Positions 38,704-48,736 are shown, counted from the first letter of the whole stretch. The stretch: DNA of 61,288 nt, filler included, from 4 parts of 4 records of this genome joined end to end with filler, not necessarily neighbours in it; one strand, 5' to 3'. Made by a program: numbers and translations. Notes: generated by a model not told the origin, from the sequence alone.

Positions 38704-39261
38704 CTACTCTTCACTAAATTTCAATCCCTTTGTGAATAGCCATATAGCCAGAAAAATCTCATTTGTAATTATTAATACTAAAAAATAATCAATAATTTGA
38801 AAATTAATTTTTAGTAATTTAAAGAAAGTTGATATAGTTAATGCAATAATTCCTGCCATTCCCCATATAGAGATAAATTTGGGTACTATTTTTCCTTTTA
38901 AAAGTAAGTCATAAAATATAAATGCGCTTATAATAAAAATATAAAGGTGAAAATACTTATACAAAATATTTCGAAATGTTTCTCCATTTGGTAATAAAAT
39001 AATAAAGCCACTTAGAACCATTAAACTGCCTTCAATATACTTCAAAATTAAATAAGTAATAGACATTGTTCTTTTTAATTTGCTGGAGAAAATCGGATAC
39101 ATTAAAGCAGCTATTCCAATTACAGCCAGACCACTAATAACATCAGATATTAATACCACAAATTTTGACTTAAAAACTTCACCCAGAAGAACTCCATAAG
39201 CTATCAATATGAAGGCTCCAACTAAATTAGAACGCATTTTCAAAGAAATATTATCAAACAT
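38704..39261 (-). CDS. DUF4386-like membrane protein
   Basis: Multiple TMs; AVIGIAALMYP, VPKFISIWG, NEIFLAIWLFTKG. Confidence 0.7.
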   Translation of the reverse strand: MFDNISLKMRSNLVGAFILIAYGVLLGEVFKSKFVVLISDVISGLAVIGIAALMYPIFSSKLKRTMSITYLILKYIEGSLMVLSGFIILLPNGETFRNILYKYFHLYIFIISAFIFYDLLLKGKIVPKFISIWGMAGIIALTISTFFKLLKINFQIIDYFLVLIITNEIFLAIWLFTKGLKFSEE

Positions 39262-39351
39262 GATTTCCCCTCCTCAAGCTAATTATAGCACCTAATTCTT
39301 TCCAAATCAAAAAAATCAAACCCTCTTCACAATTTGAAGAGGGTTTTTACT

Positions 39352-39930
39352 TTATGATATTTTATATTTTTTATTTAATTGTTGATAAAATGCTCTCTTA
39401 TTCTGATTGCTTACTCCAAACAAAATTTCAAGTTCTCGTTTTTCTTTAACGATAGTTAAGATTACTTGATTTTTTCTTTCACGCAAAGCAATGGTTTTGA
39501 TCTCTTCTAGAGTAAACTCCGTCATCACTCTTTTTCTGAGTACTTGTTTAAGCCAATTTGAAACAACTAAGATATTTAGCTCAACTTTCATTGGAGGAAT
39601 ACCCGAATCATAAGCTAAATTATTAGTATTAAATTGTATTTCTACCGGCTCCACTTCTTTCTTTACTCTCATAATTGAGTAAACGGCAAAAACTGAAACT
39701 ACAGCTATTAAACTTGCAAAATTAAGATACGACATCCAACCAATGTTAATTGACTCAATTCCCTGAAACAGTAGTTTTGCTGTGGCATATAGAAACACAA
39801 GTAAGAATGGAGACAGAAATACAGCTTGAATCCAAGCATAAATTTTTGCCGAGTTATTTACAGCTTCAAAAGGGTAAGTAATAATGTTTTTCCTTGATTT
39901 TTTCACTTTTCTTTTTCCCAACACAATCAC
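39352..39930 (-). CDS. Hypothetical membrane protein (two TMs plus soluble domain)
   Basis: GAGGTG RBS; two hydrophobic segments; hairpin terminator at about 39318-39348. Confidence 0.7.
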   Translation of the reverse strand: MIVLGKRKVKKSRKNIITYPFEAVNNSAKIYAWIQAVFLSPFLLVFLYATAKLLFQGIESINIGWMSYLNFASLIAVVSVFAVYSIMRVKKEVEPVEIQFNTNNLAYDSGIPPMKVELNILVVSNWLKQVLRKRVMTEFTLEEIKTIALRERKNQVILTIVKEKRELEILFGVSNQNKRAFYQQLNKKYKIS

Positions 39931-39987
39931 CTCATATAATTTTATAATAATAAATTATACCACTTTCAACCTGTATATACAAGTGTT

Positions 39988-40149
39988 CTATTTTTCTTTT
40001 GTTATAATAATAAACTCTTTTCCATCACTGTTTCTTATAAATGAGCTTAATCTAGCAAAACCAAGCTTTTTATATAAATTAATTGCTCTAACATTAAATG
40101 AAGCTACAGTAAATCTAAACTTGTTTTTCTTATATTTCTCATCTTTACT
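39988..40149 (-). pseudogene. GNAT acetyltransferase C-terminal remnant
   Basis: Start-less frame reading ..KFRFTVASFNVRAINLYKKLGFARLSSF..KEK* (motif B, N.RAI.LY.KLGF) immediately after the methyltransferase stop. Confidence 0.7.
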
Positions 40150-40150
40150 C

Positions 40151-40777
40151 CTATTTTTTCTCAGATACTGCTACAAATAATGAATAATCTATCTTCTCCT
40201 GCTCTATTTCTTTTGAATCATGATAAAAAGTATTAATTTGAATTTTTTTCATTTCATTCTCCAAAAGTATTTTTTCAAATTCTACATGAGAAAAGCCATT
40301 ATGCCCATCGAAGCCTTCTTCACTTTTGTGAAAGCCTCCATCTTCCTCATCAATTTCAATAATAATAAGTTTTCCATTTTCATTTAAAAGTGAAGATAAT
40401 TTCTTTAAAATTAACTTAACATCTTTTATATGATGAAGTACCATAGAACTATATATCACATCAAATTTTATATTTAAATCAGCTTTTGTAAGATCAAGTT
40501 GAATCCCTTGCATGAAACCTATATTCTGACTTTTAATTTTTTCATTAACCACTTCTATCATTCCAGCGGAATAATCAATTAAAGTAATTTTGCCAAATTT
40601 ATCTTTTAGATTAAAGCTCATTAGTCCGGTTCCACAACCGAATTCCATTGCACTTAAATTTTCTCTTTCAGGTATATATTTACCTATTTCATTAGAAATA
40701 GTTTTAGCTCTTTTAATTCTCTTTTCAGTATCCCAAATTTTAGCTTGTTCATCAAAATGCATAATTCTTACCTCCAC
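40151..40777 (-). CDS. Class I SAM-dependent methyltransferase
   Basis: MEFGCGTG, LIDYSAGM, FDVIYSSMVLHHI, EDGGFH..HNGF. Confidence 0.9.
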   Translation of the reverse strand: MEVRIMHFDEQAKIWDTEKRIKRAKTISNEIGKYIPERENLSAMEFGCGTGLMSFNLKDKFGKITLIDYSAGMIEVVNEKIKSQNIGFMQGIQLDLTKADLNIKFDVIYSSMVLHHIKDVKLILKKLSSLLNENGKLIIIEIDEEDGGFHKSEEGFDGHNGFSHVEFEKILLENEMKKIQINTFYHDSKEIEQEKIDYSLFVAVSEKK

Positions 40778-40839
40778 TATTTAGATAACTTAATTATAAC
40801 ATAAAAAGGCTTCCTTTTTCTCAGGAAGCCAGATACTAC

Positions 40840-41100
40840 TTATATTAGATTATTTTCTTTTAGATTTTTTCTGATCTCTTTTCTCATTTCAACAAATTCA
40901 GGATATTCATAAAAGAATTTTATTTTTTGTTTCTTAATAGAATTTCCAATTGGTTTTCTTTTCAGAATAAAATCAACATAAGTTTCAGCAAAATCCTCTA
41001 CAGGATCTTTTGATGCATATTGACTTACAAATTGTACTTTGTATTTATTATAAAATTCTTTATTTCCATACTCTCTCCTTATAGGCTTTTTTTTGCAAAT
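40840..41100 (-). pseudogene. Remnant of a putative zinc-binding metallopeptidase (C-terminal part)
   Basis: Start-less frame ..FYNKYKVQFVSQYASKDPVEDFAETYVDFIL...KIKFFYEYPEFVEMRKEIRKNL..*; the HExxH-bearing N-terminus is absent. Confidence 0.6.
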
Positions 41101-41354
41101 TTACCAGCAATTAGGAATGGAAGTCAAAAAAGAGCTAAAAACAGAATTAATCTCATTTATGATGATTATAAGTGTAGTTACTATAAGAATAAAATAACAA
41201 GGTTAGAAAAAATTAGAAAAGACTTCCAGTTCAGGAAGTCCTACTTAGAGCATATTTAGGCATGATATAAATTTAATCTTAGTATTTACTAAGAAATCTC
41301 CAAAAAATAAACAAAGGAGTAAGTTAATTAAAATCATCAACTTACTCCCATCTA

Positions 41355-41882
41355 TTATTTTAATACTCTAAGTTCATCCTCTTCAAAGTTTTGAATTAAA
41401 TTCAAAATATGATTCTCTCTTGCTGTCCAGATTACTTTTGAATCAGGTTTAGCTATAAACTTTTCATTTTCCTTTATAGCTGCATTTGCCGCTATCCAAA
41501 GTGGTTCAAATCCAAGTTCAGCTTCATAATGATCAAGTTCTTGATCTCCTTCACCTTCATGAACTTCAGCTAGATAATAATACGATGTCATTTCAAATAT
41601 TTTATCCGGTTCAAAAAAATCAATTTTTCTCTCAAAAACTTTTCCGATCAAAGGACTTACCTGTTTACACAAATAACCTGTCTCTTCAGTTATCTCTCTT
41701 GACAAAGCCTCTTCATGTGATTCACCTACGTTTATTCCTCCACCAGGTAATTTATGATCACCCTTTTCAGATTTTATCATAAGTAGTTTTCCATCTTTCA
41801 AAATTATGGCTCTTACAGCTTCCCTTGTTATTATTTCCATTCCCTCAATAATATCGATCGCTAATGATTCATTAAATAACAT
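41355..41882 (-). CDS. NUDIX hydrolase
   Basis: LPGGGINVGESHEEALSREITEETG Nudix box. Confidence 0.9.
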   Translation of the reverse strand: MLFNESLAIDIIEGMEIITREAVRAIILKDGKLLMIKSEKGDHKLPGGGINVGESHEEALSREITEETGYLCKQVSPLIGKVFERKIDFFEPDKIFEMTSYYYLAEVHEGEGDQELDHYEAELGFEPLWIAANAAIKENEKFIAKPDSKVIWTARENHILNLIQNFEEDELRVLK

Positions 41883-41898
41883 GTCAGTCCCCTTTCAT

Positions 41899-43659
41899 CT
41901 AAGATTTCTCTATTTCATCAGGGATAAAGCCTTTATACTGCGCTTTATATAGTGAGTTATATATCCCCTTTATCTCCAGAAGTTCCTCGTGACTTCCTCT
42001 TTCCTTTATTCCATCTTTATCAATTACTATTATTTCATCTGCATGCTTTATCGTTGTTAATCTATGTGCAATTACCAGACTTGTTCTACCGGCAGATAAT
42101 CTTTCTAAAGCTTTTTGAATTTTAAACTCTGTTTCATTATCAAGTGCTGAAGTCGCTTCATCTAATATAAGTATTGGAGGATTTTTTAGAAACACTCTTG
42201 CAATACTTATTCTTTGTTTTTGACCACCTGAAAGTTTTATTCCTCTTTCACCTACATCAGTATCATAAGCTTTTTCAAGACTCATAATAAAATCATGTAT
42301 TTCTGCATTTTTAGCTGCTTTTATCATCTCTTCTTCGCTGGCATTGATTTTTCCATACATAATGTTATCTCTTATTGTTCCTGCAAATAAAAATACATCC
42401 TGTGAAACAAGTCCGATGTTTTTACGTAAACTACTGATTTTAATATCTTTAATATTTATATCATCAAGTAAAAGCTCTCCTGAATCCACTTCATAAAATC
42501 TAGGTATCAAATGGCAAAGTGTTGTTTTCCCTCCACCGGAAGGCCCTACCAGAGCGATAACTTTTCCGGCGTGAATATCCATATTTATATCTGATACTAT
42601 ATTATGATTTTCATTATATGCAAAACTTACGTTTTTAAAACTAATTTTACCTTTACAATTCTCTATATCAACAGCATTCTCAGAGTCTTTTATAAGAGGT
42701 TCAACTTGCATTATTTCCTGAAATCTCGTAAAACCTGTCATTCCGGATTCAAACTGTTGCACAGAGTTTGTAAGTCTTCTAATAGGAACTAAAAACGCGT
42801 TAACATATAAGGTAAAAGCAATTAGGTCGGCAAAATCCATTTGCTTATAATAGATTAACATTCCACCTAATCCAAGTACCATTACGTTTAGCAGACTTAC
42901 AAAAAAGTGTACTCCTCCAAGAAAAAGAGCCATCTGCTTATATGCTTCATCTTTGGAATATTTAAAATTAGTGTTACTATCATTAAATTTCATTATCTCA
43001 AACTCTTCATTTGCAAAGGATTTTGAGACTCTTATTCCTGATATACTACTTTCAAGTTGCGCATTAACTCCTGATATCTTTTCTTTTACCTGCTTAAAGC
43101 CCTGCGACATCTTCTTTCTTCTCTTAACAGCAAATATTGCCATCATAGGAACAATTGTATAAACTCCAAGCGCAAGTTTCCAGTTAACTATTAACATAGC
43201 AAAAAAGGAACCTACTAACATCACCAAAGATAAGAATACATCTTCCGGTACATGATGAGCCATCTCAGTCATTTCATTCAGGTCATTTATCATTCTTGAC
43301 ATAATATGACCAACTCTTGTTCGGTCATAAAAACGAAATGATAACTTCTGTAGATGAAGAAATAACTCTTTTCTCAGATCATACTCGATTCTTACACCTA
43401 AAATATGACCCCAATAATCATTTACAAACTGAAATCCCATTCTTGCCATATACATTACAACTAAAACTGAAATAAATATAAAATAACCTCTAAACTCGTT
43501 TTTAGGAAGTAGATCATTTAAAGCATATCTTGCAAGCATTGGATATGATAAATCAATAAATGCTACTCCAAATGCGCAAAACATATCGATAGCAAATAAC
43601 TTCTTATGAGGTTTATAAAACCTCGCAAACATTCCAATCATTTGAAAACTTTTTTTCAT
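41899..43659 (-). CDS. ABC exporter, fused TMD-NBD half transporter
   Basis: GPSGGGKTT, LSGGQKQR, ILDEATSALD, IAHRL; six TM segments. Confidence 0.95.
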   Translation of the reverse strand: MKKSFQMIGMFARFYKPHKKLFAIDMFCAFGVAFIDLSYPMLARYALNDLLPKNEFRGYFIFISVLVVMYMARMGFQFVNDYWGHILGVRIEYDLRKELFLHLQKLSFRFYDRTRVGHIMSRMINDLNEMTEMAHHVPEDVFLSLVMLVGSFFAMLIVNWKLALGVYTIVPMMAIFAVKRRKKMSQGFKQVKEKISGVNAQLESSISGIRVSKSFANEEFEIMKFNDSNTNFKYSKDEAYKQMALFLGGVHFFVSLLNVMVLGLGGMLIYYKQMDFADLIAFTLYVNAFLVPIRRLTNSVQQFESGMTGFTRFQEIMQVEPLIKDSENAVDIENCKGKISFKNVSFAYNENHNIVSDINMDIHAGKVIALVGPSGGGKTTLCHLIPRFYEVDSGELLLDDINIKDIKISSLRKNIGLVSQDVFLFAGTIRDNIMYGKINASEEEMIKAAKNAEIHDFIMSLEKAYDTDVGERGIKLSGGQKQRISIARVFLKNPPILILDEATSALDNETEFKIQKALERLSAGRTSLVIAHRLTTIKHADEIIVIDKDGIKERGSHEELLEIKGIYNSLYKAQYKGFIPDEIEKS

Positions 43660-43900
43660 AACTTTTGATATCTTACGAAAAACACTCCTTGTTTTTTAAC
43701 GTAAGAATCTAACACCTCCTTGTTTTTTCTTCTACATTTGCCATTTATGAGGGCATTATATTTTATGTAAAAATATTTATATGTGAAGTTTATTTTGACA
43801 TTTTTATATATAACTATTCTATTTTTGAAACACATAAAAAAGGCACTTCATATTTTACCATAAAGTGCCTTCAAAATTAAATAAATTTTATTGATCATAA

Positions 43901-44677
43901 TTATTCAAAAATTTTATCGAAAAACACTAACATTGCAGCCCATGCCATATTAGCTTCATCTTCAAAATATGAACGGCCGCCAGGATTAGTAAAATTATGT
44001 GCAGGTAAATTACCATACACTATATATGAGAAATCAACTTCAGCATCTTTCATCTCTTTGATAAATGCCTGCTGTTTTTCATATGGTGCTGCAGGATCCA
44101 TATCTCCCTGTATTGCAAGTACTTTAGTTTTAATATCTCCTTTTTTTGCATTAAGTCCGGTATTTATAGATGAATGGAATCCCACTACTCCATCAATTTC
44201 CGTTCCCAATCTTGCCATATTCAGAACAATTCCTCCACCAAAACAATAACCTATAGCGCCAACATTTGAACTTTCTACATATTTTGATTTTTTAAGTATC
44301 TTAAGTGCAGCATTAAATCTGGTTTTTACCAACATATAATCTGTTCCTATTTTTCTCGACATAGTTCTCGCTTCACTCATTGCTATCTCTTTACCTTCAC
44401 CATACATATCAAGTGCAAAAGCAACATAACCCTCTTTTGCCAAGTCAACTGCACGTTTTTTAGCGTAGTCATTTATTCCACGCCATTCATGAACTACTAA
44501 TATTCCCGGACGTGAATTTGTAATACTCTTGTCATAAGCAAGCAATCCAACTAATTTTTGTCCATTCACTTCATAAATTATCTCTTCTGTATGAATTTTA
44601 TTCTCATGATGCATAGTAAAAGCAAACGAAACAAGCATTAAAAAAATTGCATAAGTTAAAAAGATTCTAATTTTCAT
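43901..44677 (-). CDS. Secreted dienelactone hydrolase family protein
   Basis: VHEWRG, GYCFGG nucleophile elbow, GDMDP, HNFTNP. Start placed at the ATG at 44677 (purine-rich RBS, signal peptide). Confidence 0.88.
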   Translation of the reverse strand: MKIRIFLTYAIFLMLVSFAFTMHHENKIHTEEIIYEVNGQKLVGLLAYDKSITNSRPGILVVHEWRGINDYAKKRAVDLAKEGYVAFALDMYGEGKEIAMSEARTMSRKIGTDYMLVKTRFNAALKILKKSKYVESSNVGAIGYCFGGGIVLNMARLGTEIDGVVGFHSSINTGLNAKKGDIKTKVLAIQGDMDPAAPYEKQQAFIKEMKDAEVDFSYIVYGNLPAHNFTNPGGRSYFEDEANMAWAAMLVFFDKIFE

Positions 44678-44867
44678 TTTTTTCCCCCTTAAAATTTTAT
44701 TTAATTCTAATATAAGCTTTTTTATCAATAATTTGAATATTTTGACTCGGAGGAAATCCATAACCATTGACATTATACTCTCTTTTTATATAAAAAACAT
44801 AAAAAAGTCGGACTTTAAAAAAATATTCAAGTATACACTTTCCCAATACATATAAAAAGAGAGCAAC

Positions 44868-46076
44868 TTAATAGTCACTCTCATTAATAATCAATTTACT
44901 TTGCTGCGCAAAACCGCTGGATTTAATATTTTTAAGTATTACTTTATAACTTCCTTTTTCTCCTGACATAGTCTCATTAAGTACAGGAGCAATTGAAGGC
45001 CCTGAATAACTTTCACCATCAATATTAGTTTCCTTCGCTACTAATTTTCGTAAAGATACCGGAATGTAGTTAAAATGAGTAGTTTTAATTTGGGCTCTAG
45101 TTCCGTAAATCGCTAAAACATTGCTAATTGACGAACCTTTAGCAAAACTTCCGGGTTTTAATTTACTTCTTCTGAATTCTTTCTTGACATACCCCTTCGT
45201 TATTTTAACAGCGAAACCACAACCTGCTGAATAAACTTCATCAATTGTAAATTTTCCATTCTTTTTACTATGTGGTGATATTATTACCGCTGCATTTCCA
45301 TCAGTGCAAGATATATTTTTAGCGTATACACCATCTATTCTCTGACCTTTTAGTGAATTAAGCTTCTTTGAACTGGATTCTAATCGAAGAGTAACTCCTC
45401 CCTGACCATTTAAGTTTTCCAGATAAATATTTTTACCTGTCTGAATATGAACTAGTCCATATCCATAATGTCCTTTAAACATAGTTCCATTTTTTATAAC
45501 ACCATTTTGGGGTGAAAAATACTTCCCCTTTAATTCACTTGCTTCAAGTGATATTGTTGGCAATTTGGTATAATTATCGTGAATCATAAAATTTTCAATT
45601 TTGAAATTTTTGACATTTCGTAATTTAAACACAGTAACATTTTTATTTTTAGCTTTTGCTAAGTTTACGTTAAATTTGCCATCTATTCCACGAATACTCA
45701 CATTTTTAACTGCTCCCAAAGAGCTGTCAAAATTAAAAATTGAATAACTCTTCCATGGATTTACTTTTGTTGGTACTATCGATGTTCCGGCTTCTATTTC
45801 AATATGCACATTTGATTTCATCTCTATATTTGCAAGATAATATCTTCCAAACGGAATAAATATAATTCCTCCCTTTGGATGTAAAGATATATCATTAATT
45901 GCATTCTGAAGAAAAATACTATCATCTAGTTCGTCTTCTCCATTTGCTCCATATGTTGTAACAAGATTCTCGTATGAAATATTTTTATAAGTTGCTTTGT
46001 AATATTTTTCCTCTAAATTAGCAAAACAAAATACAGAGTAGAAAGTCAAAAGAATTAATAACATGATCTTTTTCAA
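44868..46076 (-). CDS. Iota-carrageenase-like beta-helix glycoside hydrolase (GH82)
   Basis: Signal peptide; YGANG.D..DDS..LQ.AI, IP.GRY, MKSNVH, HYGYGLV, GGVTLRLE, NISC..G.AAV..SPH..KNG, CGFAV motifs as in CgiA-type iota-carrageenases. Confidence 0.8.
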   Translation of the reverse strand: MKKIMLLILLTFYSVFCFANLEEKYYKATYKNISYENLVTTYGANGEDELDDSIFLQNAINDISLHPKGGIIFIPFGRYYLANIEMKSNVHIEIEAGTSIVPTKVNPWKSYSIFNFDSSLGAVKNVSIRGIDGKFNVNLAKAKNKNVTVFKLRNVKNFKIENFMIHDNYTKLPTISLEASELKGKYFSPQNGVIKNGTMFKGHYGYGLVHIQTGKNIYLENLNGQGGVTLRLESSSKKLNSLKGQRIDGVYAKNISCTDGNAAVIISPHSKKNGKFTIDEVYSAGCGFAVKITKGYVKKEFRRSKLKPGSFAKGSSISNVLAIYGTRAQIKTTHFNYIPVSLRKLVAKETNIDGESYSGPSIAPVLNETMSGEKGSYKVILKNIKSSGFAQQSKLIINESDY

Positions 46077-46624
46077 GACAGATCTCCTTTACTCTCTTTT
46101 TTAAATATACTTTTATGCAATAAAAAACATCATAGCTCGTTAAAGAGTTGACATTTTATTTATTGTTTTGGTTTTTAATTCTATCTTTTATAAAAAAACA
46201 TCATTATTCTAACACATTTATGCTAAATTGTAAATATTAATATCTATAAATCTGTATAAATTTCGAACGTCTCTATTCAGTTTTTTTAGAATCTAAACAA
46301 TCACATCTGCATAAATCAAAATAACAACTCTAAATCAATTTAATTCTTATTATCTAATAACTCTATTATTAGTTTTTTCATTAATATTAATACTTTATTT
46401 AAGATATTTAATTCTTCTATTAATATTTTTAAGTTTATGTTTTTTTACAGTTCTCTATTTCATCTTCTTTATTCTCCTTTTCAACTATATTTTATTGAAA
46501 TTATTCTATTTTTAGAATATTTTTTAGATTTTCACATTATTAATATAATAAACACCATGTTTAATATATTTAAACTTAGAATTAATATTTTTAATTTTAT
46601 TTTAAAAAAATATTCAAAAAAGGG

Positions 46625-46653
46625 TTGACTCGATTAATTTTATCGAGTATATT
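46625..46653 (+). promoter_or_regulatory. Sigma70/A promoter with a 7-7-7 palindromic operator
   Basis: TTGACT-N17-TATATT; ACTCGAT-N7-ATCGAGT at 46628-46648. Confidence 0.7.
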
Positions 46654-46756
46654 AATAGTGAGGTTAAAGATATTAATTCAAACTTTAAGATATTTAATTA
46701 TAAGTTTGATAATCTTAATATATATTTCAAATATAATAATTTATGGAGGTGAAAAT

Positions 46757-47125
46757 ATGAAAAAAGAAGTTTTAAGTAAATGTCCTGTATGTTCATCAAA
46801 AATGATTGTAACAAATCTTGAGTGTACTCATTGTGGAACTGGCGTTTCAGGAAAATTTGAATTAACTAAATTTGATTATTTAACAAAAGAACAGCGTTAC
46901 TTCGTTGAAGTATTCATAAAAAATAGAGGAAACATAAAAGAAATTGAAAAAGAGTTAGGCATCTCTTATCCAACAGTTAGGCGTACTCTGGATAATGTAA
47001 TTGAAGCTCTTGGATACAAAACTGAGCCTCAAGAGCCAAAAGTTAATAAAAAAGAGGTTCTTGAAAAACTTAGCAAAGGTGAAATAACTGCTGATGAAGC
47101 ATTATCATTATTAAAAGAAAGATAA
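46757..47125 (+). CDS. DUF2089 family Zn-ribbon/HTH protein with C-terminal SHOCT-like motif
   Basis: CPVC...CTHC, RGNIKEIEKELGISYPTVR, LEKLSKGEITADEA; GGAGGTG RBS before the ATG at 46757. Confidence 0.88.
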   Translation: MKKEVLSKCPVCSSKMIVTNLECTHCGTGVSGKFELTKFDYLTKEQRYFVEVFIKNRGNIKEIEKELGISYPTVRRTLDNVIEALGYKTEPQEPKVNKKEVLEKLSKGEITADEALSLLKER

Positions 47126-47153
47126 ATCATAACTTTTAGAAAGGAGAAAAAAA

Positions 47154-48515
47154 GTGAGTGAAGAAAAAAGAAAGATTTTAGAAATGATAGAAAGTGGAAA
47201 AATAACTGCAGAAGAAGGAATGGAACTTCTTGAAGCACTTGATGATACAGAATATGATGAATTCGTAAATGACAATATGTTTGATGAAGAGAACTCAAGT
47301 CAAGAAGAATTTAATCAAACTGAAAAAACAAAAAAAACTACTGATAAAAAAGATAATAATAACTTTGATGAAGAAAAGGCCAGAAAAAAAAGAAAATTTG
47401 ATAAAAATTTTGATAAGTTTTCTGAAAAATTTGATAATTGGGACGATAAATTCAGCGAAAGATTTTCTTTTTTAGGTGAAGAGATAGCTAAAAAAACACA
47501 AGTTTTCTCAGAAAAGGTTCTTGATAAAGTTGAAAAAATATTGGATGGTAATCCCTTTGAAAATTTTTGGGAAACTCCTGAAAAACAAATGACTACAGAA
47601 ATTATTGAAATCCCTTCTGAGGGAATTGAAAGTTTAGATTTTCATGCAGTAAACGGAAAAATCATAATTAAAGAAGCTACAGATAACCAAATTAAATTGG
47701 ATGTAAAATATGCTGTTAAAAATACAAAAGAAACTCTTGTAAATGAACCATTTAGTTACAGCATTAATGAAGGTACATTAACATTTAATCCAACAATGAG
47801 AGATAATATCTCACTAAATCTATATGCAGCTCTTCCTATTAAAACTTTTAACAAGATTAGTGTCAACTCAAAAAATGGAAGAATAGAAGTTAAGGATATG
47901 AGAGCTGAAATTCTAAATTGTAATACTAAAAATGCAGGAATTAAAATTATTGATTCTACATTTAAAAAAATCAATTCCAATACTAAAAACGGAAAAATAT
48001 ATATTGAAGATGTAAAAGCAGAAAATATTATCTTAACAACAGCGAATTCATCTATAACTCTTAATGATGTGAATAGCCAAAAGATAGAATCTTTTACTCA
48101 AAATGGTTTAATTACATTAAACGATGTAGTTTGTGCAAATGTTGGTGGAAAAACAACTAATGCTCCAATTAAGCTAAATGACTGTAAATGTGCGTATATT
48201 AATTATGAAACTTCAAACGGGAAGATTATTCTATCTGATTTAAGCACTGCAGGACTTAAGGATTTAACATTACACACATCTAATGCAGCTATTAATACTA
48301 AATTTGCTAATAACAATAAATATTTCTACATTAATGCTTTTACAACACAAGGTGAGATCAATCTTAATATTCCTGATATTGAGTATGTCGAATCAAATAA
48401 AACATTACAAGGAAATAAAAAAGTTATTGGTAAAAATTACGATGATCATATCTCTGAGGATCAAATAATAAATATTACTACAAGCACAAGTAATGGAAAT
48501 ATAAATATACAGTAA
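47154..48515 (+). CDS. YvlB/LiaX-like protein: SHOCT-like N-terminus plus DUF4097 beta-strand repeats
   Basis: EEKRKILEMIESGKITAEEG; many T.NG.I repeats. Confidence 0.85.
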   Translation: MSEEKRKILEMIESGKITAEEGMELLEALDDTEYDEFVNDNMFDEENSSQEEFNQTEKTKKTTDKKDNNNFDEEKARKKRKFDKNFDKFSEKFDNWDDKFSERFSFLGEEIAKKTQVFSEKVLDKVEKILDGNPFENFWETPEKQMTTEIIEIPSEGIESLDFHAVNGKIIIKEATDNQIKLDVKYAVKNTKETLVNEPFSYSINEGTLTFNPTMRDNISLNLYAALPIKTFNKISVNSKNGRIEVKDMRAEILNCNTKNAGIKIIDSTFKKINSNTKNGKIYIEDVKAENIILTTANSSITLNDVNSQKIESFTQNGLITLNDVVCANVGGKTTNAPIKLNDCKCAYINYETSNGKIILSDLSTAGLKDLTLHTSNAAINTKFANNNKYFYINAFTTQGEINLNIPDIEYVESNKTLQGNKKVIGKNYDDHISEDQIINITTSTSNGNINIQ

Positions 48516-48562
48516 TTTATTAATAAATTTTAATTTCTACATGTAGCAAGGGAGGGGACATC

Positions 48563-48721
48563 ATGAAAACATTTAGTGGAATTGCACTTATCATATTTGG
48601 TTTAACAATTGCTATTGGCATTAACCTTTTTCACTTAATCATACCAGCTATTCTAATTTATTTTGGCTTAAAACTGGTTGTCAGAAATAGAAGTGAAAGA
48701 TGTGATATTAACAGATATTAA
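48563..48721 (+). CDS. Small 52-aa two-TM protein, LiaI/LiaF-TM-like (not in ORF track)
   Basis: GGAGGGG RBS; MKTFSGIALIIFGLTIAIGINLFHLIIPAILIYFGLKLVVRNRSERCDINRY. Confidence 0.75.
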   Translation: MKTFSGIALIIFGLTIAIGINLFHLIIPAILIYFGLKLVVRNRSERCDINRY

Positions 48722-48736
48722 AAAGGGGGAAGTATC

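Noticed and set aside
46080-46620. Long AT-rich intergenic region and ORF 46437..46628
   Set aside because: Low-complexity F/I/L-rich translation without RBS; no repeat-spacer periodicity.
46625-46756. N-terminal extension of the DUF2089 ORF in the ORF track (166 aa)
   Set aside because: The TTG is the -35 box; a strong GGAGGTG RBS precedes the ATG at 46757.
47390-47470. Short imperfect repeats (FDKNFDKFSEKFDNWDDKFSERF)
   Set aside because: Within the coding linker of the DUF4097 protein; amphipathic helix periodicity, not a DNA repeat array.
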